From the NCBI GenBank assembly GCA_051294905.1, contig CM119372.1, forward strand, positions 12,030,001 through 12,094,000: DNA of 64,000 nucleotides. The letters run 5' to 3'. Of this stretch, positions 1-13,506 are shown in pieces. The notes under the pieces are model-generated. The model did not search any database. It was not told where the DNA came from and saw only the letters and a program-made list of their open reading frames with translations. Every line of letters begins with the position of its first letter. The stretch's first letter is position 1. Source of the stretch: Botryllus schlosseri (taxonomy: Eukaryota). The position numbers and the translations under genes were made by a program.

Positions 1-575
1 TGCAAAATGCATACTCGGGAGTAACGCCGAATCCCTAATGACGGTGGAAATAGCTGAAATTTTCCAATTATTTATAGTCTGTTTTCGTCATGAAGGTTCG
101 GCAACTCTGCAGTACAATTCTGCATTGCATAGTTGGCATTACAATGTCAACAACATGACACTCATGAAAGTAATGCAAATATCTCCAAATTATACTATGG
201 ATAAAATCGAAATCTTGAAATGTAAGTATATCTTGACTTCGAAAACTGCATGTTAGTGGAAGTAGTCTAAAACGCAGTAACTTGAGTAAGTAATGCAAGT
301 AGACAAACCCTACTGAGTACTTCGGAAAATATATGCACGTAGTTACTGATCACCTCTGGGCCCATGCGTAAGATGGCATATTTATTCCGACCAATTCTGA
401 ATCTGCATGGGTGTCACTCAGGAAGATCGCGCTTGTCTGTCAGTTATTCCATCTCCACCGTGGCCCATGCAATCTCAAACGGATTGAAAACATGCAATTT
501 GTCGACGGTATAGTCCCGTCTTTTATTATTGGCTTATGCAATGAAAAACGTAAATTTATCCTATACTTCTATACA

Positions 576-2982
576 TAGGCGCCGACTTTTATTTTTGAAT
601 GGGGTGGCGGCAGGTGCGTAGCCAAGGGGGTGTCGGAACCCCCTCCTTTTAAACGCAAAGCCCCGTCCTTTTGAAATGACCATTCCGACGCTAATATTCA
701 CTTGCAATTCAACAAGTCGTATTATCAGTGTTACGCGGGGCCGCGACCAATTAGCGAGATTAGTCTGTGCACACATATCGCATGTAACGTGACGCGATCT
801 CCCGTTGACATGATTGCGAATTTAGGTCATTGATTGCCACGCACTCGCCATTCGTCGCTGGACTGAGCACTAACACGGGCGCGACAATTCTGGAACGCGA
901 AAGACAAACAAGAATTATGATTACAAACACGCGCGGCCAATCAGTAATTATCCCTTACCGCCAACACAATGGGTTTTTACTTAGTATTGAGTAGCTCGCA
1001 TCGCGACAATTGGTTGCTGATTAAAACATCGATTTAGACTGCATTGCTTCATTTCCCGATTTACGTTCGCAAAGCATAGTTGGATTAATATTATGGGCAC
1101 TGGAATAAATTCCAACTAGCAGGCACACACAATAAAACACCGTTCAACTTTGCGCTCCGAAAATATTCATCACAAAAATGGCTTACAAAATATTTTAAAC
1201 GCGGCTTGCGGCCCTCATCGAGGCAAATAATGCACTTTAATTTGAAGAAGGTGGACGTATATTTGATCGTCGAATCGCGATTGGAGATGTTGTGTCTCAG
1301 AGCGCGAGATGAAATCTACGTTTCTAACGATGACGTCAAATTTGTACATCTAATAAGGATCGTTAGTTTTCTGAAACCAGCATCAGTACGCTGTGCGAAA
1401 TACATAGTAGTGATCAATTTTATCGGTTTGTACGATCGGCCGGTAAAGTTGCGCTGATAACGATATTGCGGACATGCCGCAAACCTGCAATAATTAAAAT
1501 GACAGGGTGCGCTAGTCATACCTAAGTACCCAGATTCCGCAATGGCAACAAGCAAAATTTTTTCAAACGCGGGCATAAGTTTTAATCAAAAAGATACATA
1601 AACACAAACAATATTACACTCGGAGATTGTTACTGTTTGGCGAAAGTGTTTCTGCGGACGGTAGCAGGCCTGCATACGGACGCGTTATCATACCACCGAC
1701 GATAGTGCACTGCACATGAGATATCGATGGCCATTTTCGCATACAAATGAATATCGCTAATTTGCAGTACGCAGCATCGATAATACGAATTACTTTATTG
1801 GCATTTCAAAAGGACGGGATTTCTAGTTATAAATGAGAAACTCCGTGGCTACGCGCCTGGGGTTTTTGAGCCGTCAACGCGCTGGTTAATATCAGCCCGG
1901 GGCCTACGGCCTACGTAGGCCCCGATCAGCCAGTCGAATTTGATCGTAAAATGGTGCGATTTTAATTATCCACGTGTTATTGCAGTAAGAGCATAGAAAT
2001 ACATATCCAAAAGTTTTGGAATTCGATCCGTGATATGGTTGCACTCGATAGAGTCCGTCCAGCAATTAAGTTTATTGGAATATAGAAGGTTCCCGTTCAA
2101 ACTAATCGAATAAATTCAGAATTTGCGCCACCGAGAATCTCGTGTTGCATCAATTTTTGACAACGTAATTCAAAGCCGTACACTGCACAATGCGCAGTAT
2201 TAATAAAAAATCAAGCACTGTCAAGTGACACCGAGGGAATGCGAGTGTATAAGGCAAACAAGAATTAGTAGCCTACAGATGATAGCAAACGAGTAAGCGC
2301 ACATCTAATCAGTAATTCCGCAACTTGCGTACATCACAATGGGGTTCCAAGTCTGACATCGCGACAATTGATTTGCTCATTATAACGATGTTTGAGCTGC
2401 ATTGTTGCATTTCCCGATAAAAGTTGACAAAGCCTTGTTAGAGTAATGAATATGCGCATGCGCACTTTATGCAGGAATGGCTTTCAATTCGCAGGCATAC
2501 AGAAACACACTGCCCTATTTGGTGCTCCAAGCCTCCAATTAAAGAGACTCTCACGGAACTAACTCAAACTATTTTGCAAACGAGTATGGGCGCAAATACA
2601 ATTTAATTATAAGGAGAACGTGAATTCGCTCGTCTGGTCAAGAGAGAACATGATGTTTCTCAGCGCAAGCGTGTCGAAATCGACGTCTTAAACGAGGTTG
2701 CTTCGATTGTCTGATTACTAATCACGGATTACAATTTATTAGGGCGTTTTACCACTAGTTCGTCGTCGCCAACGAAGCTGCGTATTCAATTATTCGCGCG
2801 CGTATCGGTTAATGGTAAATAGTTGGCATTTACGCGCTATCACAGACTCGCTCATTGACAGCGCTGATGATTTGAAATCGCAGACGGCGGGAGTTTAATC
2901 TTATTGTATGGGGTGGCCACCACTCCATAAATGTTTCATTGGGATGGCTACGCCACCCCGCCACCTAGTAACTCGGCGCCTG
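576..2982. mobile_element. Degenerate composite of hAT-like non-autonomous elements
   Basis: Inverted ends AGGCGCCGA (577) / TCGGCGCCTG (2973-2982) and an inner pair CAGGTGCGTAGCCA (611) / TGGCTACGCGCCTG (1846-1859). Segments ~900-1330 and ~2250-2700 are diverged direct copies. No clean TSD. Confidence 0.45.
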
Positions 2983-3029
2983 TGCTTCTGTATATCTATA
3001 TACACTACACTGCTATCCTAATATACTAT

Positions 3030-4039
3030 ATGACTTGACTTGACTCGAGTCGAGTCACTTTTATAAAATGACTTGACTTGGCTTGACTCGGCGTAACAGA
3101 AATGTGGATTGACTCGTGAATCGGAGCGAAATTCACGAGTCAATTTCATGTCATCAAGTAATCGATGTCGCTAAAAATTACTGTATCTTCCATATGTTCG
3201 GATTGTTCACGAAACGCTGGTGAATGATCGTGTGTTTTACTGAGCCTCCATTGTTCTTTCACAAATAAAATGATCACAAACGACGTGATAGAAGCTTACA
3301 GCTTACGTTTTCGTAAACTAGGTGTAAAGTAATTTGATAGCAAAATATCCATATCTGTTCTCTGTTCTTACCTTAGCCAAACCTCTTGTTTTATTGAAAT
3401 TGAATTCGAATATAGTTTACATTACTCCTCAACCATTGGGACAGGCTCGAATTATATCATATCAATATGTAAATGGGCAATGTATTGCATCTTTTCAATT
3501 CGTTTCTCTATTTTGGCTGGTAACAATAAACTGATGCAATGCAATTACGTACGTATAGTTTAATAGTTATACGTCTATATTTGAGCGATACAACGCCTTC
3601 TTGCGTGGATATTCAACTGTATTCGTTCATGTGTTCAGAATCAATTACCACTCAATCTGTACTTCAGGCAGCTAGCAAAATGAAATGAAGTAATCATGCC
3701 TCATACTTCGAAAAGGCAACTTGACTTGAATTGTGACTTGACTCGTGACTCGACTTGACTTGACTCGACTTGACTCGAGTCACCTCAAACAATCGAGTGA
3801 CTTGACTTGACTCGAGTCACCTTCGACAATCGATTGACTTGACTTGACTTGAATTGTGACTTGACTCGTGACTCGACTTGACTTGACTCGACTTGACTCG
3901 AGTCACCTCAAACAATCGAGTGACTTGACTTGACTCGAGTCACCTTCGACAATCGATTGACTTGACTTGACTCGAGTCAAAATGTGCAATGACTCGAAAT
4001 GACTCGTGACTCGAAGGTAGTGACTTGATCCCAACACTG
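3030..4039. repeat. GACTT/GACTC pentamer-rich MITE remnant with an internal 123-bp tandem duplication
   Basis: TGACT arrays at 3030-3140 and 3719-4030, terminus CCCAACACTG. Duplicated units start at 3728 and 3851. Confidence 0.7.
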
Positions 4040-4077
4040 CTATACTGTTGGCTGTATGATCGCCTTAACATTAGAAA

Positions 4078-6585
4078 TAGGGTGGAGTGAAAATAACTTT
4101 TTTTTTTTCAAAATCGAAAAAAGGGGGTTCTCAAATCCCGACAAATGACCTAAATCTTCAAGAAAAATTGATTTTAGGGGATTGCCCCTATTTTCCAGCC
4201 GGCAACCCCCAATTTCTGCGCAGGAGGGAATAGAATTACCCATCTCGACAACCACTGGTCGCAGGGTCATGATATATAGCTCAAAAGCTGCAGAAACATC
4301 ATGTTTATATAAGTCCTAAAAAGAAAATTTTATCTATTGTGAACACAAAACGAGTTACAGCCAAAAAACACTAAAATTCTGAAGCTGGTAAATGGCGGGA
4401 GTAACTATGTTGCATGTTAGTGTGATTTTCACAAGAACAGCAAAATAAATCAATCTCATTATGTAAAAGCTGACTGGTAAGGGCTGTTACTCCATCTATT
4501 TTTAGAACAGGCCCACTGGTGATTCATCTGTACCTTGCGGGCTACCTGGTGCCCGTGGGCACCAGATGGTGACCCCTGATCTAGAATATGGCTTTGGATT
4601 GTGGAAGGAGACCCTGAGTTGTCGGTAGACCCCTTGAATGTGGTGGAAGGACACAGTCGTGCTTCGACTGCTGCCTTAGTAGCAAATATATGTGAGACTT
4701 TGGCATCCAAGCCCCTAGGGCAGTGGTTCCCAACCTTTTTCGTCTCGTGCCCCCCTTGACCGATATTTGAGCTAAAATTCCCCCCTATGAAAAAGTTGCC
4801 TGTGACTAAAAAAATGTGCTTTTTAACGCGCAACCATTTGTTGACTGAGCAATTAATGGCCAAACATATTCAGATATGTCCGAACTATTGTGAATGCGGA
4901 CCGCACTAAACTTTGGTAAAGTACAGTCAAATTTGACCTGTTTTTGACCGGTCGGGTAGCCGCTGGCGAAGAATAAATCACCAAGTTCGCTTGCTATGGA
5001 CTTGAGTTGAATCGATGAATTTGGTGCAGTATGTTTTTCACGTTAGCTCATATGTTGGCTTAAAAAGTTAAACAATTTCACTAGCGGCCTTGTGCTGAAT
5101 TCGGCTTGACGTTTTCCTGCTTAATAGTAATTTTGTCGAGAGGCTGTGGTGGACCCAACGAAATCGTCTCGTGAGCCTCACTTTATCAGGTGGTGTAATA
5201 TCTACGGAAGGCATTTAAACATACACTTATAGCTTGAAATCCGCCAAAGAAACATACAATTGTAAAGAACTATAATTTCTACTTAACAGCTCTATGCCAG
5301 AAAAATCTAAAAACCTTGTGAGCCCAGTGTATCTGCCGATACAATGCCAAAGCCAGATTTCCCCTAAAAAAATTAAGCCAGATTCCCCCCTAAAAATTTC
5401 AAAATTCCCCCCAAGGGGGAAATTCTCCCCCGGTTGGGAACCACTGCCCTAGGGCTTGATTATTCCTTGAAATATGAAGTGTACAGTACAAGGGTCCGTA
5501 CAAGATATGCTTGGCGTACGACGTAAAGACGTGTGTGGGCGGCGCCGTGCGCAAAATCGGTAAAAATAGCAAAAGAACATCCATGCTCTTCCTAAATGCA
5601 TGGCGGGTAGCCGTTAGTGGGCCGGGGAGTGCCTCTGACGACCCGTTCAGTTGAATACTGTTGAGAAATACCCAAGCGGGCGACGTCTCCATGAGAAAGA
5701 AGTGGCAAGTCATGCTTAGACTGTGGGCTCAGTAGCAAATATACCATGCCAGCAATGGTCTCCCAGCCTCGTCGGAGGATGGGTTAGTCTCTGGTGGCAA
5801 CAGAATGAGGTCTAAAGGAAAATCCGAGAGGAGAAACGAACTGGGCCCAGCCTGGAAGATGCATTAAGGCGTCATGTTGTCGCCTCGGCAGGCAATAGAG
5901 GTATCGGAGTGTGTGCGCGGTCGGATGCCTATTAGGCCACCTATGATCTTATCAAACTTATCAAGTCCTGGGTGGATATCAATATGGCCCACAGGGGTCT
6001 GGACTTACGTTATGACTGTGTCCAGCCACCCTACTCCGGGGGGTTCGACGACCACTAAGGGTCCCCTTCCAAAGCCATATTCTAGATCTGGGGTCATCGG
6101 ATGCGGTGCCCACGGGCACCAGGTAGCCCGCAAGGACCAGCTGAATCGCCCGCTGGCCTGTTCTAAAAATAGATGGATTAACAGCCCTTACCAGTGAGCT
6201 TTTACATAATGAGATTGATTTATTTTGCTGTTCTTGTGTAAATCACACTACATGTAACATAGCTACTCCTACAATTTACCCGCTTCAAAATTTTATGTTT
6301 TTTGGCTGTAACTCGTTTTGTGTTAACAATAGAGAAAACTTTCTTCTTAGGACTTATATAAACATGATGTTTCTGCAGCTTCTGAGCTATATATCATGAC
6401 TCTACGACCAGTGGTTGTCGAGATGGGCAATTTTACCCCCTCCCGCGCAGAAATTGGGCGATGCCGGCTGGAAAATGGGGGCAGTCCCCTAAAACCAATT
6501 TTGTCGAAGTTTTAGGTCATTTGTCGGGATTTAAGAACCCCCATTTTTTCGATATGATAAAAAAAGTTATCTTCACTCTACCCTA
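4078..6585. mobile_element. Foldback-type non-autonomous hAT (Ac-like) element with ~550-bp inverted arms
   Basis: TAGGGTGGAGTGAA ... TTCACTCTACCCTA termini. Arms ~4078-4640 and ~6040-6585 are diverged reverse complements. TSD ATTAGAAA/ATTAGAAG. Confidence 0.85.
4721..5446. mobile_element. hAT (Buster/Charlie-type) MITE nested in the foldback element
   Basis: Perfect 15-bp TIR CAGTGGTTCCCAACC and perfect 8-bp TSD CCCTAGGG (4713-4720 and 5447-5454). Confidence 0.93.
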
Positions 6586-6655
6586 ATTAGAAGGTTATAG
6601 TTTCATCTTTGGAAAATTTTATGCGGGGCCAACGATAACTAAGTATTATGATTAG

Positions 6656-7810
6656 TAGGGCGATTTTTTTTGACATGTCAAAAAAAGTCAAAATTAGGTC
6701 AAAATTGTAGCGTTAGGTCAAAATTTGTCAAAATTGTTTACAAAATCAAACATTTTTTGACCTCTACATTTAGTTTGTATCGTAGATTTTGCGCTGTCTG
6801 TGAACTTATCATTTGATAATTTACAGCCTGTAGCCTACTTTATAGGCCTACCGTTGTAAACGGCCCATCGTCTGCGCATTGTGAATCATAAACGGTTAAA
6901 TGAAACAAATAGTGACATGGTTTTATGGTCAACGTACCGCAATATCCTAACTGAAGCAAGACTGCTTGGGCATTGCATGGTTCTTACATCAAGAAGCGCA
7001 AGCTGAAAAATTGTGATATAGACAACATTGTCAGAATGAAGCAACACGGTGCATCACCAGCAAGCAGTGTGCACACAACTTCAGTGTTGTCAGCTAACAA
7101 CTGCTGCTGTTGAACGTTCTTTCTCCATTCTTGACAAGCTACTTAGTAAGACACTTTCTACCCGAGACAGCGCAGTGGTATAATCCGGGGCTACAACACC
7201 AATGGGTGTGGGTTCCATTCCGACCGAGGTCGACTTCATAATTCCGATAGCTAAGTGTTGGAGGTTTACCTAGGCTCCTCCTCGCCACCTCATCCGCGTA
7301 AGCGGTGTCTTACAAAAAAGCCTAGAGGTGGGCCGTGCTATATGTTGGCAGTTACGGAAAATAATGAAGAATATCGGCCTGGTGTAAATGACCTTAGTAG
7401 TTGACAAACACCATGAATACCACAAAACAAACACTTTCTCTGCGAGAATGTAGGAAAGTATCTTTCGTTGTACTACAACAAATTTTAATTATTCCACCAT
7501 AATACGTAATGTAACTACTGCAATTCTTCATAGGGCCAGATTTCGTTAAAATACTAGTCTTTTCATGTAAAAATTTGTCAGTTTTTAAGCCAAAAACGTT
7601 CTTTCAGGCCAATCTACTTTGTAAGGACAGACAGTTCCAACCAGAAATGAAGATAAGTAGTACAATTTTAACATTATGTGCGAAAACACCTAATTTGCAT
7701 ACGTGAGGTCAAAATTTGGTCAAATTTCAGCTTTTTTAGGTAAAAAAAGTCAAAATTTAGATTTTTTAGGTCAAAATCTTCCGTTTTTTAGGTAAAAAAA
7801 AATCGCCCTA
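6656..7810. mobile_element. hAT (Ac-like) MITE with GTCAAAA subterminal repeats
   Basis: TIR TAGGGCGATTTTTTT and perfect TSD ATGATTAG. Partial copy at ~19525-19790 and a mini-derivative at ~33820-33893. Confidence 0.92.
7160..7430 (+). mobile_element. tRNA-derived SINE copy inside the MITE
   Basis: A-box-like AGCGCAGTGG, B-box-like GGTTCCATTCC, shared core CCGCGTAAGCGGTGTCTTACAAAA, CAAA-rich tail, TSD ACACTTTCT. Confidence 0.88.
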
Positions 7811-9032
7811 ATGATTAGCATTAGGTGAACCTTGGAATTTTCGACGTTTCTCTTCTGTTCAATCTTACTTGCAGCTTGCACCGCGATGTATAGTGGGATA
7901 TATTCCGTAGGTACGAGGTTTCAATGTTTTTCACCAAATCGGCAATTGGCAACGTTGGTTTGCAACGTATAAATAATCAGAGAAAACATGGCTATGCTAT
8001 ATTTCCAACGTGTATCTATTGATCGCTGTTTTTGTCACGGCGTATGACATGTGCATGTGCACACTACTTTTCTTTAAACATAAAGTAATAATCCAAGTGG
8101 AAAATATAATGCCATATGTCTGAGGCATATGTCTGCTATAGCATTTAGATCCCGTACCTATACTTTCTTTCGGTACACGGCTTCTAAATCAATACAGGAT
8201 ACGAGCCTCGGACATACGCCATTATATTTCCATTTGGATTATTACTCTACTATACAGCCTATTGGTCTGGGAATATAAAAGCTTATCTTGCAGATGTGTC
8301 GAAAATTTGATCAACGGATCTAAACTTGGATAATTTTGACCTCCAATCGATGCACTCGTGCAGGCAATGCCAGATTGCCAGATGTCCCTTTGATCCATCC
8401 ATCTGCGATGCTGGCTGAATTTTACTTTTACATCACTAGTCAAACAACTATACGCGGTCTTTTACCTAATCACACGTTAACTTGGATAGTATCATAATTC
8501 AGGAAAGGCATACGTGTTTCTAGATCGCAACACCTTGCTCTCAATTCGCGTGCAATTACGCAGGTTGGAAGCGAACAACAGATTGGAATTGAATTGTTTT
8601 GCTGGAATGCTCCACTATGTTCCGTTGTCTTTCAATTCAACTTGTGCTAACGTCACAATGATCGAGATATTTTTAGAATTAGGTGTGCTCATAAGTACAT
8701 GACGGAATTGGAGGTAGGCCTAATGCGTATACGCTGATATCACACAATATAATATGCCAACATTATACAACATTCAAATATCCAAATCCATGTAGGCCCG
8801 TTGCCAATAGTAGGAAATGAAGAAGCATATCGATGGACAGGTCACATAGACTATTCAATATAAAAAAAAACTGCTTTGGTCACATGAGGAGTGACTTGCG
8901 TGCCGTTTCATAAACACCGATCTGTATCATGCCAAGTATATACTAATTATAGTATATTCATCACCGGAGGTTGTCAATAACTAAGTGCGTCTGCTTTTGC
9001 GAGTTACTCCAGTAGATTTTGCCTCCTTGCAC

Positions 9033-10439
9033 CAGACTTGGACAACCAAATAATTCTAGTTGTTTAATTTCACTAAATTAGAGCGAAATGTCAGTAATCT
9101 AATTTTAATCTAATTTGAAGAATATTTCCATGCTTCAAGATTAATTCCAATCTAATTTTAGAAATGTTCTTATGCTCTGATTCTACTTCTAATCTAATTT
9201 GTAAAATGTTAATATGCTATCATTTTAATTCTAATATAATTTATTGTTTTCCTGAAAATGTCTCTTTGTCCGAGGCATTTTGCAGCGAGTTAACAAGAAT
9301 ATCCTTCTCATACAAGGAAATCTAGTGCCAACCCGCCATCGCCTTCTTTACACCGTATAGTCATAGTAGTTATTGCGACGAATAATAGCCTGCTAGCATA
9401 GTAGCTTGTAATCTGCGAACAGCATTCTAGTTTTCAAAACTTTACATTACAACAGCGGTTCCCACCTTTTTCGACTCATCGCCCCCTTTTCAAGCTCCAC
9501 ACCGATCATCGCCCCCAAAGATTGGGAAACGAAAAATGGGCATACGTTTTAACGTGCCATCGCCCTCTTCGTTATTTTCGCCCCCCCCCCCTCATCGCCC
9601 CGTTCGTCCGTTTTCGCCCCCTATCGCCCCCTTCGTTATTTTCACCCCCCTAGACCGCGAAATTGTCCCCTGGAGGGTGATATCGCCCACGTTAGGAATC
9701 ACTGCGTTAGAACTACGCTGTGCTGACTAACATGGGCGATGCTCATGGTTACCACAAAAGAAGTAAAGTTTTATTAAAGTAGTACAAAAATAACAATAAA
9801 TATCATGATCATGAACGTGATTTTATTTTGAGCTATTAGCGGCACGATAGCGAATCGATATTGGGGCTCCAGACATGTCACTAGCTGAAAGACTATCTCA
9901 TCCTAAAGATTGATCCTGTGGAGACGTCCTATGCTTTTTCCTAAGCGTCTCGGTCTTGGCAGTGTCTGGGCCAAGGCAATATGCTTATTGACATCATCTG
10001 ACTCTCCATCGATGGAATGCTGTTGCCATCGCCGAAACCGTTTCAGCTAGTGTGGAATAGTGTCGTTGGGCACAGGCGAATAGCTTATTCTGAAACTGAA
10101 ATCCATGTTAGCATTTCAAAATGCTTTATTTTGCGTTTTTCCAAAATCTCAGATCAGATCGCCCGCCGCGATTGTGGTGACCCCGGTATAGTACAAAATG
10201 AACCAAAAGCTTGGTGTACACAACTTAATCATTCTCATGGCTATATGGGAATGCACTGTGATTAGATATGAAATTATTTTTGCTGTATTTATTTTCCATT
10301 CACAATTTCATTCAAGGCCCAAGTTTTTGCGAATTCAGTAAATCTACTTCTAATCTAATTTGGAAAACTACTGTGTACCTCTAATTCTAATTCTAATCTA
10401 ATTCGGAAAAGCTGAAAATCTTCTAGTTGTCCAAGTCTG
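9033..10439. mobile_element. hAT-like element with TCTAAT subterminal repeats
   Basis: TIR CAGACTTGGACAAC, TSD CCTTGCAC/CATTGCAC. Confidence 0.82.
9453..9704. mobile_element. Small Buster-type hAT MITE with ATCGCCCC repeats, nested
   Basis: CAGCGGTTCCCA ... TAGGAATCACTG termini, degenerate TSD CATTACAA/CGTTAGAA. Confidence 0.7.
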
Positions 10440-12310
10440 CATTGCACTACTTCGTCGCGTTTTTATACTACGGTGTTTAGACTACACTTCCACTATTACT
10501 TACTTGATGAAATAGAAAGTATTTTGGAGATATTCTTGCAGAACTTTATTTAATGAAATTGTCATGACAACTGGGCGAAAGTACGCCTGTACCACGGTAA
10601 CCCAATATATTTTTGAAGATTGCATCAAAGTAGTGTCATTCGCCATGCTCGTTAGCTGGGAAGATGCACATTGCACACTGCTATTTCGACGAAAGGCCGC
10701 CTAATTACTTGAATACTTTTCAGGTCTTCGTTTTCTACTTCTACCCGAGGTGGTTTAGAAATGTATTTGAAATTGCACTATAGTAATTGTGTAGAAATTT
10801 ACAGCGTTACTTCTACGTTCGTAGCAACGCTGACCACTTTAACCACCTGATTACCACCGATTAGTTATCATCACTTTCACGGGTATAATCTTAGCGAATA
10901 GTGTGCGTGAATACACACTCTTTTCTCTAAGAGAGATGCTTCTCTCCCCCTCTACTAATTATTATATAGCAAGTATATATAGCATACCAACTATAATACT
11001 TCTACAGTTGTCAGAGTAGTCACGTAGGTTCCCGCTACTTACACAACTGGGCTGTTTTAGACTATACTTTCACGCTTATTTCCATAGGATTTTTGATCAA
11101 ATTATCTATAATTGCTCGTAAAATTTGTACGAGTATAAGGAAAATTCTGAATGAAATTGAAACGTTTTTATTGAAATCTTCATAATCCCATTATAGATAT
11201 GGCGTTCGGATCACGAACACCGAGCATAGTTTCGATATTGCAAGTATTTTTGGCAACCGCAAGGCAGTCCTTGTCAGGAGATGCGCTGAGCAATTTTTAA
11301 GCTGTCGTGACCTATTGACAAATAAACATCGAGTACAAGCCGTCCGAAACTATTTGTGGACTATATGTATACGTTATCGATATATTTATAATCGTCTTAG
11401 GCCCACATATCACATTCTAATATGGCCTTGACATTGGATTCAGCTGATCTAATATCGTCAAGTGCAGACATGGCTCACATATTGAGAGTCTGCAACTATA
11501 TATGATTTGTATTGATAGCCTTCATGATTGGATTGTGAATTTATATAACGTATCTTTCAGCGTACACATATCAAGCCGAAGTGGATTAAGTTTAAGATTA
11601 ACTCGTCGCCCATATATAACAATTCGTGTTGTTGCATTGAGCGGAATGAGTGAAGTATAATATCTGTCGTTCGATTGGGGGAAACTAACCATCTGCCACG
11701 GGAGAAGTTGTCCGAAATGCCACCATGACAACGCACTCGTGAACTCATTCATAAGCTATAGGGAATTCGGGCGCGCTTACGGCCAAATATGCTGCATTCA
11801 GCTTACATTTGCGAAAATGAAACTTGGATATCTATTGATTCGGATATCCGATCATGCCTTGCATTGCAATCCTACATCACTATGATGATGACATGTTTTC
11901 TCATGCATTCCTTATTGATTTGACTGATAGCTTCTAGCTATAGCTAGCAAGCACCTATATACACGTCGAAATGACACGTAGTTTGCGTAGTATTAGTATG
12001 TCAGGTCAGTCCATAAGCAGTACACACTGATGCTCCGCGCGATCATCAAGATTTATGGTTCGTAAATGAAACGATCTAATCGACCTTTCGTGACAAATTT
12101 TCGTAACATGTCGGTACTATTTGGAGTCACGCATCACGTGCAGCAGCGAACGATACCAGAATTGTCGTTTATTATATTGCGACTTCACACTGACGTCAAC
12201 GGCCATGGTCAAATTTCCTTCGTCCATCTCAGGGAGAATATCACATCTCGAAAGTTGAGATGGTAAGCTCCGATAATGCTACACAAATATGATATAGGCC
12301 AGTGGTTCTG

Positions 12311-12579
12311 TTGTTGTTTGTCGCATTCATGGTGTTTGTCGACTACATTTACACCAGGCCGATATTTTTTATTTTCATTCCGTAACTGCCGACTTATCAC
12401 GGCCCACTTCTAGGCTTTTTGTAAGACACCGCTTACGCGGATGAGGTGGTGAGGAGGAGCCTATAGATAAACCTCCAACACTAGGGTATAGAAATTAGGA
12501 AATCGACCTCGGTCGGACTCGAACTCGCAACCCATTGGTGTTGCAGCCGCGGATTATACCACTGCGCTATCTAGCCACC
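12311..12579 (-). mobile_element. tRNA-derived SINE, full length
   Basis: The minus-strand head GGTGGCTAGATAGCGCAGTGGTATAATCCGCGGCTGCAACACCAATGGGTTGCGAGTTCGAGTCC carries A and B boxes. 15-bp TSD AGGCCAGTGGTTCTG at 12296-12310 and 12580-12594. Confidence 0.92.
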
Positions 12580-13506
12580 AGGCCAGTGGTTCTGGATCAT
12601 CGGTCCGTGGCGAGATTCCTGGCGGTCCGCCGAATACAGTAGAGTAGAATTTTATATCTAAATTCCAAAATGCGAGAAGGTTGCGGTAGTCCATTAGTTG
12701 AAGAAATAAAACATCAAATTTTAAATTGATTTAGAACGTACTTTTGTATGGTGTCGCAATAGACAGTTCATGGTATACTTTGCCGCAAGTCTGGCACAAA
12801 ACTGTCTATAAGTAACCTACTACTTGTTTCGGACACTTTATATTTAAGAGCTAAGTAGACTTTTAGACAATCTTTGTTAAATTACGACGATGCAATTCAG
12901 CGACAGTATAGGCAAAGTGGCTAAATAGTAAAAAAAGTCGCATGTCTTCCCAACGATAGCGAACAATCACAATAGAGTTGTTACTATTGCCCTTTAAAAC
13001 ATGACTGTGCGAACCCCGCCACGCACAACTTCAACATAACCTCGTACCTAATATAAAAGAAGCAGCATTAAAGGAAGTTTCCTATGTTACATTTGAGTTG
13101 CATACATTAGTCGTAATCAGATTTCGGGTTAATTTTGATATTTTAATGCCCACCGATGCGTAACATATATTTTGAAGTTTTACCACTGAGGCTGCTGCTG
13201 ATTAAAGACAAAGTCGGGGATGCTATCATGTGCGTATGAGCTCAACGCGAAGCATACATTTGGATAGCTGTCATCAAGTATGTAAATTTTGTGAACATTA
13301 TAGATTTACTATTTACTTGACTGATCTGAGACTCGATCGAAGTTTAGAAAATTCGGCGAAATTGAACTTAGTCTGAGGTTAAATTATATTAATCAGAAGC
13401 CATCAACTATAAATTATTGTTTAGGTTTGGCATATCATATCGATTCAATGACGTGTAAGATCAAACTTCAATTTTGTTGCAGGGTCGATGAGGCTATATC
13501 GTAAGT

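Noticed and set aside
3719..4030. CRISPR-like array
   Set aside because: Pentamer-derived repeats without unique constant-length spacers, no cas genes and a eukaryotic context.
4459..6197. Paired ORFs sharing GAHGHQVARK...ACSKNRW
   Set aside because: The similarity is simply the two arms of the foldback element. There is no coding evidence.
12505..12579. Functional tRNA gene
   Set aside because: It has A/B boxes but no pairing acceptor stem, continues into a repeated SINE body and is flanked by TSDs. The same applies at 7160 and 15230.
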